From positions 3,552,001 through 3,616,000 of the forward strand of contig OZ241986.1 of the NCBI GenBank assembly GCA_965204375.1: a stretch of 64,000 nt of DNA, read 5' to 3'. Shown one piece after another: positions 21,541-31,430 of the stretch. Every line of letters begins with the position of its first letter. The stretch's first letter is position 1. A program made the translations under genes and the position numbers. The notes under the pieces were generated by a model, which had not been told where the DNA came from, searched no databases, and was given only the letters and a program-made list of their open reading frames with translations. Origin of the DNA: Candidatus Latescibacterota bacterium. GTDB lineage: Bacteria > Latescibacterota > UBA2968.

Positions 21541-23115
21541 ATGCGCTTTTTTAACACGACCGGGCCGGTGGTAGCTGAGGATCACTACTGCATCCCACCC
21601 TTAAAACGGCTCGACCTCACCGAGGTTCGGCAACTCATCCGCGACAAACGCTACTTCGTCCTGCACGCGCCCCGGCAGACAGGCAAGACTTCTGCTCTGC
21701 TGGCCCTGCGCGACCTGCTCAACGCCGAGGGCAACTACCGTTGCGTGTACGTCAATATCGAAAGTGCCCAAGCCATGCGCGAAAATGTGGAACGGGCGAT
21801 GCAGGTCATCTTGGGCGATCTGGCTTCTTGGGCGCGTTTGACGTTAAGCGACGAATTTTTGACCGAGAATTGGTCTGGCATCTTCGCTGAGTTCGGCGCA
21901 GGTGCGCTACGCGAGGTGTTGACGCGCTGGGCACAGGCCGATCCGAAACCGCTGGTGCTGCTCATCGATGAGATCGACTCCTTGATCGGCGATACGCTGT
22001 TGGCCGTACTGCGGCAACTCAGAGCGGGTTATGTTCTGCGTCCGACGAGTTTTCCGCAAAGCGTGGTGCTGTGCGGGGTGCGCGATGTACGTGATTACCG
22101 CATCCAATCCACCGCAGAGAACGCGATTATCGCGGGCGGCAGCGCGTTCAACATTCGAGCTGAATCCCTGCGCCTGGGCGACTTTTCGCCGGACGAGGTG
22201 CATACACTCCTATCGCAACACACCGAGACAACCGGACAGATATTCGCTGAGGACGCACAGAACGAGATATGGAAACTGACGCGGGGACAGCCGTGGCTCG
22301 TGAACGCTTTGGCTTATGAAACCTGTTTTAAGAACAAGAGCGGGCGAGATCGCAGCCAACCCATCACAGCCGAGGCGATATGCGACGCACGGGAGCAACT
22401 CATCCTGCGTCGAGAGATACACCTCGACCAGTTGGCCGACAAGCTCAAGGAAGACCGCGTGCGGCGCGTCGTTGAGCCGCTACTGAGCGGCGGTGAGGAA
22501 CGCCACTTCACTGACCGCGACCTGGAGTATGTGCAGGATCTCGGTCTTGTAGCTCAAGATCTGCCGTACCGCATTGCCAATCCCATCTACGCCGAAGTCG
22601 TGCCCCGCGAACTGACGTGGGTGGTACAAGGGGAGTTTGAGCAGGAAACCGCCTGGTACGTCAATGACGATGGCAGCCTGAATGTGGTCAAACTGATGAC
22701 CGAGTTCCAGACCTTCTTCCGCGAGCACTCAGAGCATTGGGTGAGACGATTTCAATACCAGGAGGCGGGGCCACAGTTGTTATTGCAGGCGTTTTTGCAG
22801 CGCATTTTGAACAGCGGTGGACGCATTGAGCGGGAGTATGGCCTTGGGCGGATGCGTACGGATCTATTGATCGTCTGGCCGCAGGGCGATGTGACGCGCA
22901 AGATTGTGATTGAGTGCAAAATTCTCCACAAGGGCCTGGAGCAGACCATTGCCGATGGCCTGAAACAGACCGCGGAGTACATGGATCGCTGCGATGCGGA
23001 GGCGGGGCATCTGGTGGTCTTTGACCGTCGAGAAGACAGACGTTGGGAAGAGAAGGTTTTCCACCGTCGCCAGGTATCGGAAAGCGGCGTGGAGATCGAT
23101 ATTTGGGGCATGTAA
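21541..23115 (+). CDS. AAA-like ATPase with C-terminal PD-(D/E)XK nuclease domain
   Basis: RFFNTTGP, APRQTGKTS, LLIDEID; C-terminal REY.LG..RTDL...IECK. Confidence 0.85.
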   Translation: MRFFNTTGPVVAEDHYCIPPLKRLDLTEVRQLIRDKRYFVLHAPRQTGKTSALLALRDLLNAEGNYRCVYVNIESAQAMRENVERAMQVILGDLASWARLTLSDEFLTENWSGIFAEFGAGALREVLTRWAQADPKPLVLLIDEIDSLIGDTLLAVLRQLRAGYVLRPTSFPQSVVLCGVRDVRDYRIQSTAENAIIAGGSAFNIRAESLRLGDFSPDEVHTLLSQHTETTGQIFAEDAQNEIWKLTRGQPWLVNALAYETCFKNKSGRDRSQPITAEAICDAREQLILRREIHLDQLADKLKEDRVRRVVEPLLSGGEERHFTDRDLEYVQDLGLVAQDLPYRIANPIYAEVVPRELTWVVQGEFEQETAWYVNDDGSLNVVKLMTEFQTFFREHSEHWVRRFQYQEAGPQLLLQAFLQRILNSGGRIEREYGLGRMRTDLLIVWPQGDVTRKIVIECKILHKGLEQTIADGLKQTAEYMDRCDAEAGHLVVFDRREDRRWEEKVFHRRQVSESGVEIDIWGM

Positions 23116-23131
23116 TTGAGGAACTTATCCA

Positions 23132-23917
23132 ATGACATCCGATCACATACACTGGTCATTTCAGTACGATGGCAGAAGTCAGACGCCCCATTTTGGCAAT
23201 CAGTTGATCGAAATACTGAATGCAGGCACTATGCCATCGCCTGAAAAAAAATACACCGTCCTCCCGAACTACTGGAAAGGATACAAAGGGCGGGCAGGTG
23301 GAGAAGCCCCGCGCGACCTATCAATTGGCGAAGTAATAATCGATAGAAAGCGCGAACCATCGAAAAACTGGCATTACGATATTCAATTTCTCAACACCAC
23401 AAGTGGCGAAAATCTGCACCTCGACTACACTTGCGCGGACGACGACTTTCACACCCTGCGGGATACCTGGCGCGTAACAGCGACCAATGGTGCAGGAGAT
23501 AAATATCGCCAATTCACCTGCGAGGGACACATCACATCACAGGAAGACCAGCAGCGCGTCACACTCGTCGTCAACAACACAACCTTACCACTCGGCCATA
23601 TCGACAACACCCACCCCATCACCTGCAACTGGACGCTATTCGACGTCATTCCAAAACTCGCACACCAGTTAAAATCTTCCGGCAAACAAATCTCCCTCAC
23701 CATATTGGAAGACCTCGAAAAAGTCCGCACACCCGCACATATCGGCTATATGGAAGACTGCACTTTACCACTCAGCGACAGAACCCTAAAACTCTCCGGC
23801 TTCTTCGTCTATGGCGCGGGAACACTACCCTCGTACTGGTGGCTGGACCAGCAAGAACAGGTCATGATCGCATCGACCACATTCCAGACCTTTGTAATCT
23901 CAGGAGGTGCAGCATGA
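23132..23917 (+). CDS. Hypothetical protein
   Basis: 261-aa ORF with RBS (GAGGA) and host-like codon usage; its stop overlaps the next sulfatase start. Confidence 0.65.
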   Translation: MTSDHIHWSFQYDGRSQTPHFGNQLIEILNAGTMPSPEKKYTVLPNYWKGYKGRAGGEAPRDLSIGEVIIDRKREPSKNWHYDIQFLNTTSGENLHLDYTCADDDFHTLRDTWRVTATNGAGDKYRQFTCEGHITSQEDQQRVTLVVNNTTLPLGHIDNTHPITCNWTLFDVIPKLAHQLKSSGKQISLTILEDLEKVRTPAHIGYMEDCTLPLSDRTLKLSGFFVYGAGTLPSYWWLDQQEQVMIASTTFQTFVISGGAA

Positions 23918-25365
23918 GTGACCGACCCAACATCCTGTTCATCAACACCGACCAGCACACCTGGGACGTCATATCTGCCTACGGCAACACACACGTAAAA
24001 ACGCCACACATCGACCGTCTGCACAACAACGGCATCTCATTCATGCGGTCTTATAGCAGCGACCCGGTCTGCGCCCCTGCGCGAGCGAGCTGGATGACCG
24101 GGCGATACACCTCGGAAGCTGGCACCCCATTCAACGGCGGCCATCTGCACGAAGACATACCCGATCTCGGTCAAATATTACAACAAAGCGACCATCGCGC
24201 AATCCACTGCGGCAAATGGCACGTAGATGGTCGAAATGTATATGACAGCTTCGACGTCCTGTACTACGGCCAACAGCGAATCGGTGCAGGCGGCGGCGAA
24301 TACTACGACGCGGCAATGACGCACGCAGTCGTAGATTTTTTAACCAACTACGACAAAACCGACCCATTTTACCTCCAGATCTGGTACGTCAACCCACACG
24401 ACATCTGCGAATATGGCCACAACTTTGAAACAAAAGAAATGCCCGACGCCATACGCCGGGGCATGCTCACCGAAGAAGAACTACCCCCCCTACCTGACAA
24501 CTTTAATTACGACACCCGCGAAACCGTCTTACACCGCGTATGCAGGCGCATAGACGAATGTCTGATCCACTGGCCCATCTTGCGAGCCATGAAAACATGG
24601 GACGAACTTCAATGGCGAACATTTATATGGCATCACCACCGATTTGTAGAAAAAGTAGATGGTGAAATCGGCCTGATCTTAACCGCCCTTGAGCAAAGCG
24701 GCCTCGCGGACAACACTGTAATCATCTTCAGCGTAGATCACGGCGAAGCCTTTGGCCAGCACCAGATGTTCCAGAAATTCTCCCTCTACGAAGCCAGCAT
24801 TCGCGTACCCTTTATCGTCTCATCACTCGGCCACAACCTGAACATCCCCAAAGGCGCGTTTGATCACCAACACTTTGTATCCGGTGTCGATCTCCTGCCC
24901 ACCGTATGCGACTACGCCGGAATCGACCCACCCGAACATGCGCGGGGAATGAGCGTGCGCCCCCTCGTTGAAGGCCGGGACGTACCCTGGCGCGACTTTG
25001 GCTTCGTAGAAAGCAACTACTGGGGACGCGCACTGCTTTTTGACCGATACAAATACGTTTGTGAGTATATTCCCTACGGAGATAAAAAAGACTTGCTCCC
25101 ACCCGGACCCGACCCCGAACGCATCGGCCTCGAACAAATTTTTGACCTCAGGAACGACCCGGGCGAAACGCAAAACCTCGCCTATGACGAAAACAAACGC
25201 GCATTATTGATACAATGTCGCCAGGCACTCCTGAATTTTGAAGCGGGATTGGAACGGCGGCAAATCACACACGAGCGACCCACCCGTCAAATCGGCAACT
25301 GGGGACAGAGGATCCGGGCGCACTGGGACGCACATCCCGAACTGGAAGCCCTGAGGATTCCCTAA
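23914..25365 (+). CDS. Sulfatase
   Basis: ATG at 23914 after AGGAGG; RPNILFINTDQ, CAPARASWMTG, GKWH, DHGE. Confidence 0.9.
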   Translation: MSDRPNILFINTDQHTWDVISAYGNTHVKTPHIDRLHNNGISFMRSYSSDPVCAPARASWMTGRYTSEAGTPFNGGHLHEDIPDLGQILQQSDHRAIHCGKWHVDGRNVYDSFDVLYYGQQRIGAGGGEYYDAAMTHAVVDFLTNYDKTDPFYLQIWYVNPHDICEYGHNFETKEMPDAIRRGMLTEEELPPLPDNFNYDTRETVLHRVCRRIDECLIHWPILRAMKTWDELQWRTFIWHHHRFVEKVDGEIGLILTALEQSGLADNTVIIFSVDHGEAFGQHQMFQKFSLYEASIRVPFIVSSLGHNLNIPKGAFDHQHFVSGVDLLPTVCDYAGIDPPEHARGMSVRPLVEGRDVPWRDFGFVESNYWGRALLFDRYKYVCEYIPYGDKKDLLPPGPDPERIGLEQIFDLRNDPGETQNLAYDENKRALLIQCRQALLNFEAGLERRQITHERPTRQIGNWGQRIRAHWDAHPELEALRIP

Positions 25366-25385
25366 AACAGAAAGGACAAAGCACC

Positions 25386-26939
25386 ATGAGCGACACGCCA
25401 GATTACACATCACTCGTACCGCACTACACATTTCCAAACACACTCGAAGAACAGCGCGAAGCCCTCGCCACAAATCCGCTATTACAGCGGATGAATGAAT
25501 CGCGCAAAGAGTATGAAGGCGACCCGCACAGGCCCATCTACCACTATGTAAACCCGGAACACACACTCAACGACCCCAACGGCCTCTGCTTCTGGCAGGG
25601 GCGATGGCATCTGTTTTACCAGGCATATCCCCCCGAAGACCCCCGCCAGCACTGGGGACACGCCATCAGCGACGACTTAATCCACTGGGAAGACTTGCCC
25701 TATGCGATATATCCCAATCCCGAACGCTGCTGTTTTTCCGGCTCAACACTCGTAGAAGACGACCGCGTCATCGCCATGTATCACGGCACCATGGTCGGCA
25801 ACATGGTCGCCGTATCCAGCGATCCCCTGCTCTTAAACTGGGAAAAAGTAACCGGACAAGCCGTAATCCCCATGCAAAATCCCGATGGCTCCACCCCGCC
25901 CTATCGGGTATTTGATCCCTGCATCTGGAAAAAGGGCGATTTTTACTACTCCCTCTCGGGCGGCACCCTGCCCGGACCGGGCGGCAAGCGCACCCGCGCG
26001 AACTTCTTGCTCCGATCACCCGACCTGGCGAACTGGACGTATTTGCATCCATTTGTCGAAGACGACCTCTTCACACTCGTTGGCGACGACGGTGCCTGCC
26101 CCTATTTCTGGCCCATTGGCGATCGTCATATCCTGCTATTCTACAGCCACATGAGCGGCGGGCAGTATCTCCTGGGCGACTACGACAAAGAACGCGACAA
26201 ATTTGTAGTAACAGCGCATGACAAATGCAATTTTGGACCTTATGGTCCCTGTGGCGTACACGCGCCTTCGGCAACCCCGGATGGCAATGGCAATATCATC
26301 GTCATCTTCAACATGAACCCGGGCAAGCCAACAGAGAATTGGAACCAGATCATGACCTTGCCCCGCAAAATGACGCTTATCGGCGAAGAAGATATACGCA
26401 TAGAACCAGCGGGCGACGTAAAATCCCTGCGCCGCGACCACCAGCACACAGGTCGCATGACACTCGCCGCCAATAGCGAGATCGTCCTCGACACTATTCA
26501 GGGCAATGCAATGGAGATCGTCGCTGAAATCGATACCAAAAACGCGCCCATGGTCGAAATGGACGTATTGCGGTCACCCAACAAAGAAGAAGTCACGCGC
26601 ATCATGTTCTTCAAAGATCGCGGATTCAGAAATCGAGAACGCAACACACAGAAGAGCCTGATCACAATCGACTCATCGTGTTCATCCATTCTACCCGACG
26701 TGCGCACCCGCGCGCCAGAAACCGGTTCGGTCTATATCGAGCCGGATGAAACCTTAAAATTGCGCGTATTCGTCGATAAAAGCGTCGTAGAAGTATTCGT
26801 AAACGGCAAACAATGCGTGGCACTGCGCGTCTATCCCGGGCGCGAAGACAGCACTGGCGTCTCCCTCCGGTCACAGGGACAGGACAGCGAACTCCTGTCT
26901 CTCGACGCCTATCAGATGGAGAACATCTACACATCCTGA
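25386..26939 (+). CDS. Glycoside hydrolase family 32
   Basis: LNDPNG, WHLFYQ, WGHAIS, FSGS, FDP, C-terminal LRVFVDKSVVEVF. Confidence 0.9.
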   Translation: MSDTPDYTSLVPHYTFPNTLEEQREALATNPLLQRMNESRKEYEGDPHRPIYHYVNPEHTLNDPNGLCFWQGRWHLFYQAYPPEDPRQHWGHAISDDLIHWEDLPYAIYPNPERCCFSGSTLVEDDRVIAMYHGTMVGNMVAVSSDPLLLNWEKVTGQAVIPMQNPDGSTPPYRVFDPCIWKKGDFYYSLSGGTLPGPGGKRTRANFLLRSPDLANWTYLHPFVEDDLFTLVGDDGACPYFWPIGDRHILLFYSHMSGGQYLLGDYDKERDKFVVTAHDKCNFGPYGPCGVHAPSATPDGNGNIIVIFNMNPGKPTENWNQIMTLPRKMTLIGEEDIRIEPAGDVKSLRRDHQHTGRMTLAANSEIVLDTIQGNAMEIVAEIDTKNAPMVEMDVLRSPNKEEVTRIMFFKDRGFRNRERNTQKSLITIDSSCSSILPDVRTRAPETGSVYIEPDETLKLRVFVDKSVVEVFVNGKQCVALRVYPGREDSTGVSLRSQGQDSELLSLDAYQMENIYTS

Positions 26940-26951
26940 CACCCACCCACA

Positions 26952-26990
26952 AAAAAGCCCCCGACGCCACAATAGCACCGGGGGCTTTTT
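26952..26990. terminator. Bidirectional intrinsic terminator
   Basis: AAAAAGCCCCCG...CGGGGGCTTTTT between convergent genes. Confidence 0.8.
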
Positions 26991-27003
26991 GTTTTACGCT
27001 CTA

Positions 27004-28269
27004 CTATTCATTCTCATATTGCGCGGCGTAAATCGTGAGTTTGGTCGCCTCTCCGATTTGTTCGAGCTCTGGGCGGCGTCCAGATAGACGCAGGCTATCT
27101 CTCACCAGGTTCAAGAACCCCTCTCCTCTCGCTTCCATAAAGCTGCTGCCGGTCAGCGCGCTCTTGTAATCGCGCATAAAGCCCGCCAGAAGTTGATTGC
27201 GGCGAACGGGCTGGCAGCCCGCGTATAAATTCTCAATAGTCAGCGTGTTGTAGAGCGCACCCGGATTCTGAAACTCAATTCGGTCGGGAAACATGCGAAT
27301 GATAATCTGCGAACCCGCAATTTCGTAATCCCGATGCACAACCGCGTTCACAACAGCTTCCTGAAGCGCTGTGAGTGCGTAACTCGGATAATCCCTTCGG
27401 CCATCTCCATCCTTCCTGGAAACCGTTGGAACCAGAGGAGAAACCCGTAAATAGGACACCACCTGGGCGATCTGTTCAGGCACTGGTCCAACGAATCGGT
27501 TGCTATCCACAGTATTGCCATCGGGTGTATCGTGGGTATATACGGCCAAATCGATATAAGCACCGTATATATATCGCTCGGGCTGTTCTGCAAATAGCAA
27601 CACCCCAAGGTATGTCGGCGTCACACCCGAGTCGAGCACTGCGGCGAGTTTGTGGGCCACAAGAGTGGAACCCCAGTCATCGGGCTTGGACCAATCCGAG
27701 AAGCGATCGCGAAAGTATTTTTCCAGACGAACCTCGCTCAGATCATCCAGACTACTGCCCAACAGCGGTCGTTCCTCAATCGGACTGGTCAGACGACGCG
27801 CACTCAACAGACGGGCAAGTCGCTCCGGAGGAATGGATTGCCGGTGGCTACCCAACCGTTGAAGATAGCGTCCATCGCTCGTTTGATGTACATCGAATCT
27901 CGACATGGGGATCTCAACAATCAAACAGAGTTTTGGGACATCGTCTTCTCCGGGCAGATATTCCCAATCCAACGCCGGAACAATCATCGGCTTACAGTTA
28001 TTCAGCGCCACATTGACTACAAATTGCTCCAGAAGATCGCGCTTTTCGGGCTCGATACCGACTGGCATGCGATCGCTATTGCGCACACCTATCACAACCA
28101 CGCCACCCTTCGTATTCGCCATGCTGACAAATACTTCGGCAAGTCTGGAAGTGGCGCGTCCTTCTTCCCTCGCAAAGGAAATTCTGTCTCCCCGAAACAC
28201 AATCTCCTTTAATTCGAGTTCAGTATCTTCTCCGGCCCGAATAGAAGCCAGGCGTTCTTGTTTATTCAT
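27004..28269 (-). CDS. Schlafen/AlbA_2 domain plus HATPase_c_4 (RecG C-terminal-like) protein
   Basis: GEDTELELKE, SMANTKGGVVVIGV, EAVVNAVVHRDY, RN.LLA, EARGEG. Confidence 0.82.
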   Translation of the reverse strand: MNKQERLASIRAGEDTELELKEIVFRGDRISFAREEGRATSRLAEVFVSMANTKGGVVVIGVRNSDRMPVGIEPEKRDLLEQFVVNVALNNCKPMIVPALDWEYLPGEDDVPKLCLIVEIPMSRFDVHQTSDGRYLQRLGSHRQSIPPERLARLLSARRLTSPIEERPLLGSSLDDLSEVRLEKYFRDRFSDWSKPDDWGSTLVAHKLAAVLDSGVTPTYLGVLLFAEQPERYIYGAYIDLAVYTHDTPDGNTVDSNRFVGPVPEQIAQVVSYLRVSPLVPTVSRKDGDGRRDYPSYALTALQEAVVNAVVHRDYEIAGSQIIIRMFPDRIEFQNPGALYNTLTIENLYAGCQPVRRNQLLAGFMRDYKSALTGSSFMEARGEGFLNLVRDSLRLSGRRPELEQIGEATKLTIYAAQYENE

Positions 28270-28312
28270 CGTCGCTTTGTTCCGTGTTTGTTACCCGGTT
28301 ATTACACAACCT

Positions 28313-29497
28313 TCACGACAGAGTCTGGAAACGCTCCCACGCTTCGCCAGCCGCTGCAGCTTGCCGCTCCAGCTCACCGCGCCAACCGATCACCTCGCCA
28401 GCTTTGATGCGCTTAATGTCGAATCCCGGATACCGGTCCTCGAGCGTATCCCCGAGTTTCGTTCTCTCGGCCCAGCGATCCCACGCCGTCTTCATCCACT
28501 CGTGTGGCAGTGCTTCTCGCACAGCGGGATCGAGCTGCCATGCATGTCGCACATCGCTCACAGAAGGCTCTTCGTCAGATGGTCCCGACCACTTCGACCA
28601 ACCGATTGACAACGTATTGCGCTCGCGACCGGGAACCGTGTGCCCCGTATGGATCGTCGCCCCATTGCGGATCAGAGCCTCCCCGGCCTTGAGCCGGATC
28701 GCCACCTGTCCCGGCAATGGATCTTCGCCATTCCAACTCGGCGTATGCGGCACCCCCTGCTCCTTTACCGCCTTCGGCAAAAGCACATCGTGCTCAAACG
28801 GCGTACGCCACCGATTGTGGCTCCCCGGTATGAGTTCGTGACACTCATCGTCCGCCAATGCCAAAAACATACTCACGCCATTTCGCTCCTTCAAAGACTT
28901 CGCGTTATTTGCGCGGATCTCTTTCCAGCGTTTTCTCTCGACCTCCTCGGAATACGCCTCTGGATCTCTACCCCGCTCATCCCGCTGTGCAAAATAGCGC
29001 TCACCCGTGCCCCACCACGTCACATCCCGGTGCCAGCTGAGCTTATTCTCTTTCTGCCGCGGATTGCACCACAGCAGCAAACCACCCAGCACCATATCTT
29101 CTGGCTCCAGCCCCCCATCACACCACGAATGAACAAAACTCAGAAAATCTGGCGAACCGTGGAACTCCGCAAAACACGGCTCTCCAAAAGCCGGATGGAT
29201 AAGCCCCCGAATCGCCCACGGCTCATCATTACCCGTGCGGTGTACATACCCCTTCGAGCAATCGATCTTGCTATACTCATTCTCTGGCGCGCACGCCTCG
29301 GTCACGCGGCGCCCCGCCTCGCGGAGAACGGGAATCCAGGGATTATCGGCAAAATCGTTAATAATGACAAAACCGTGCGCCTCCAGATGCGCCAATCGCT
29401 CTGGCGTAGCCCCGGGAGCCGAAAGCTCCGGTTTGAAATCGGCAAAAGCCGGAGCGCGATAAACCGTCGATGGTGATTGAGAATTGGACATCTTCAT
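28313..29497 (-). CDS. PhyH-like dioxygenase
   Basis: LEAHGFVII, WHRD, LIPGSH, LKAGE...IHTG. Confidence 0.75.
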   Translation of the reverse strand: MKMSNSQSPSTVYRAPAFADFKPELSAPGATPERLAHLEAHGFVIINDFADNPWIPVLREAGRRVTEACAPENEYSKIDCSKGYVHRTGNDEPWAIRGLIHPAFGEPCFAEFHGSPDFLSFVHSWCDGGLEPEDMVLGGLLLWCNPRQKENKLSWHRDVTWWGTGERYFAQRDERGRDPEAYSEEVERKRWKEIRANNAKSLKERNGVSMFLALADDECHELIPGSHNRWRTPFEHDVLLPKAVKEQGVPHTPSWNGEDPLPGQVAIRLKAGEALIRNGATIHTGHTVPGRERNTLSIGWSKWSGPSDEEPSVSDVRHAWQLDPAVREALPHEWMKTAWDRWAERTKLGDTLEDRYPGFDIKRIKAGEVIGWRGELERQAAAAGEAWERFQTLS

Positions 29498-29711
29498 TCC
29501 TTTCGCCCCGTGCCAGACCTATCGTCTCAGCACTGAGGTCATCGTAAAGGTGATAAATCTGCTTTTCCCCACTTCCCGTGAAATTATGGCATGAAACAAA
29601 AAAATTATCAAGCGTTTTGCTATTCGTAAGAAAGTAAAAATGTTGCTTTTTTTTAAAACTGGTATAATTTTGGGCGAGATAAAATTGAAACGCGAATTTG
29701 AGGAGACCGCA

Positions 29712-30491
29712 ATGGAACTAACCGAAAGCCAAAAGCGCTTCTTTTACGAAGAAGGCTATCTCAAAGTCTCGGGTGCCGTACCTCGCGTAATGGTAGATGC
29801 CGCGCGGCAGGCGATCAATGCCGAAATAGGCAAAGGCAATACCAACCCCTTTCCCGAAATCAACGCCACACCCGTAATCACGGACCTGTTCAACGAAACA
29901 CCCGCCTTCTCACTCCTCGAATCCGCATTGGGAGAAGGCAATCTGCAGCGCAGTCAGACGGGAAGTATCAAGCTCAATTTTCCGCGACCGCCAGGCAGTC
30001 TTCCAAAAGATACTTTAACGGAAAAAATTGGATGGGGCAGAAGTGGCGGACACCTGGACGGCATTAAAGCCGTAGGCGCCCGGCTGCGAGGATTACGCGA
30101 AGACGGAACTTATAACCGGAATTTTACATCTTTTGCGGTCGTATATCTCGACGATGTCCCCGTTCCCAATGGCGGCAACTTTACAGTATGGCCCAAATCG
30201 CATCACTTCTTTGAAAACTACTTCAAAGAACACGGACATCAAATACTGGATGACCACATGCCCCATGTCGAACTACCCGAAGGTCCAGTATTTGTAACTG
30301 GGGAAGCGGGAGACGTGGTCTTTGCCCATCACGCCATGGTACATACCGGCTGTCCCAACACCTCGCCAGACATTCGATACGCCGTGATCTTCAGGACCAA
30401 ACACACCCAGATCGACGAAATCGGACTCGATGCCTTCACAGATATATGGCGCGAATGGGATGGTGTGCGCGAGACTGTCGGCGTAGTATAA
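29712..30491 (+). CDS. PhyH-family dioxygenase
   Basis: ATG at 29712 after AGGAG; [37 protein letters not shown]...H...N.S..IR. Confidence 0.8.
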   Translation: MELTESQKRFFYEEGYLKVSGAVPRVMVDAARQAINAEIGKGNTNPFPEINATPVITDLFNETPAFSLLESALGEGNLQRSQTGSIKLNFPRPPGSLPKDTLTEKIGWGRSGGHLDGIKAVGARLRGLREDGTYNRNFTSFAVVYLDDVPVPNGGNFTVWPKSHHFFENYFKEHGHQILDDHMPHVELPEGPVFVTGEAGDVVFAHHAMVHTGCPNTSPDIRYAVIFRTKHTQIDEIGLDAFTDIWREWDGVRETVGVV

Positions 30492-30517
30492 ACCAAACCA
30501 CAGAAAGGAAATCCATT

Positions 30518-31411
30518 ATGAAACGCCAACAAGCAACTGACTTTGACCAGGAACTCCTCGACCTCTACGATGAATATGTCCACGGACAAACAGACCGGCG
30601 AGGCTTCTTAAACCGCGCAACGAAATTCGCAGTCGGCGGCGTAACCGCTGCCGCTCTGCTGGACAGTCTGAAGCCCAATTACGCGCTTGCACAGCAAATC
30701 GCCAAAGACGACGAGCGCATCAGCGCCGAATATATCGAATATCCATCTCCAGAAGGACACGAAAAAACGCGCGGATACCTCGTCGCGCCAGCACAGACAG
30801 AAAGCAAAGTACCCGGCGTCGTTGTCATCCACGAAAATCGCGGCCTAAATCCCTACGTAGAAGACGTTGCCCGGCGCGTGGCAACGGCCGGTTTCCTGGC
30901 ATTAGCCCCCGACGCACTCGCCCCCCTCGGCGGATATCCCGGCACCGATGACGAAGGGCGGCTCATGCAGCGCGAGATAGACCGCAATAAAATGACAGAA
31001 GACTTCATCGCCTCTGCGCGTTATTTACACACACACGAAAAATGCACCGGCAAAGTCGGCGTCGTAGGCTTCTGCTTTGGCGGCGGCATGTCGAACACCC
31101 TTGCCGTGCGCATCCCCGACATCATCTCTGCCGCAGTCCCCTTTTACGGCCGCCAACCCGCTGTCGAAGACGTGCCAAAAATAAAAGGCGCCTTGCTCAT
31201 CCACTATGCCGAACTGGACAGACGCATCAACCGGGGCTGGCCCGCTTATGAAGCCGCGCTCAAAGAAGCAGGTGTGAATTACACGACTCATATATACGAA
31301 AACGCCAACCACGGATTTCACAATGACACAACGCCGCGCTATGACGAAGCCGCTGCAAAATTGGCATGGCAACGCACGATTGACTTTTTTAATGAGACAT
31401 TGAAAGAATAA
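30518..31411 (+). CDS. Dienelactone hydrolase family protein (YghX-like)
   Basis: [39 protein letters not shown]. Confidence 0.9.
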   Translation: MKRQQATDFDQELLDLYDEYVHGQTDRRGFLNRATKFAVGGVTAAALLDSLKPNYALAQQIAKDDERISAEYIEYPSPEGHEKTRGYLVAPAQTESKVPGVVVIHENRGLNPYVEDVARRVATAGFLALAPDALAPLGGYPGTDDEGRLMQREIDRNKMTEDFIASARYLHTHEKCTGKVGVVGFCFGGGMSNTLAVRIPDIISAAVPFYGRQPAVEDVPKIKGALLIHYAELDRRINRGWPAYEAALKEAGVNYTTHIYENANHGFHNDTTPRYDEAAAKLAWQRTIDFFNETLKE

Positions 31412-31430
31412 TTTTTTTCAAGGAATCTTC

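Noticed and set aside
27375-29476. Long + strand ORFs (185-278 aa)
   Set aside because: They are antisense to well-supported minus-strand genes and carry no motifs.
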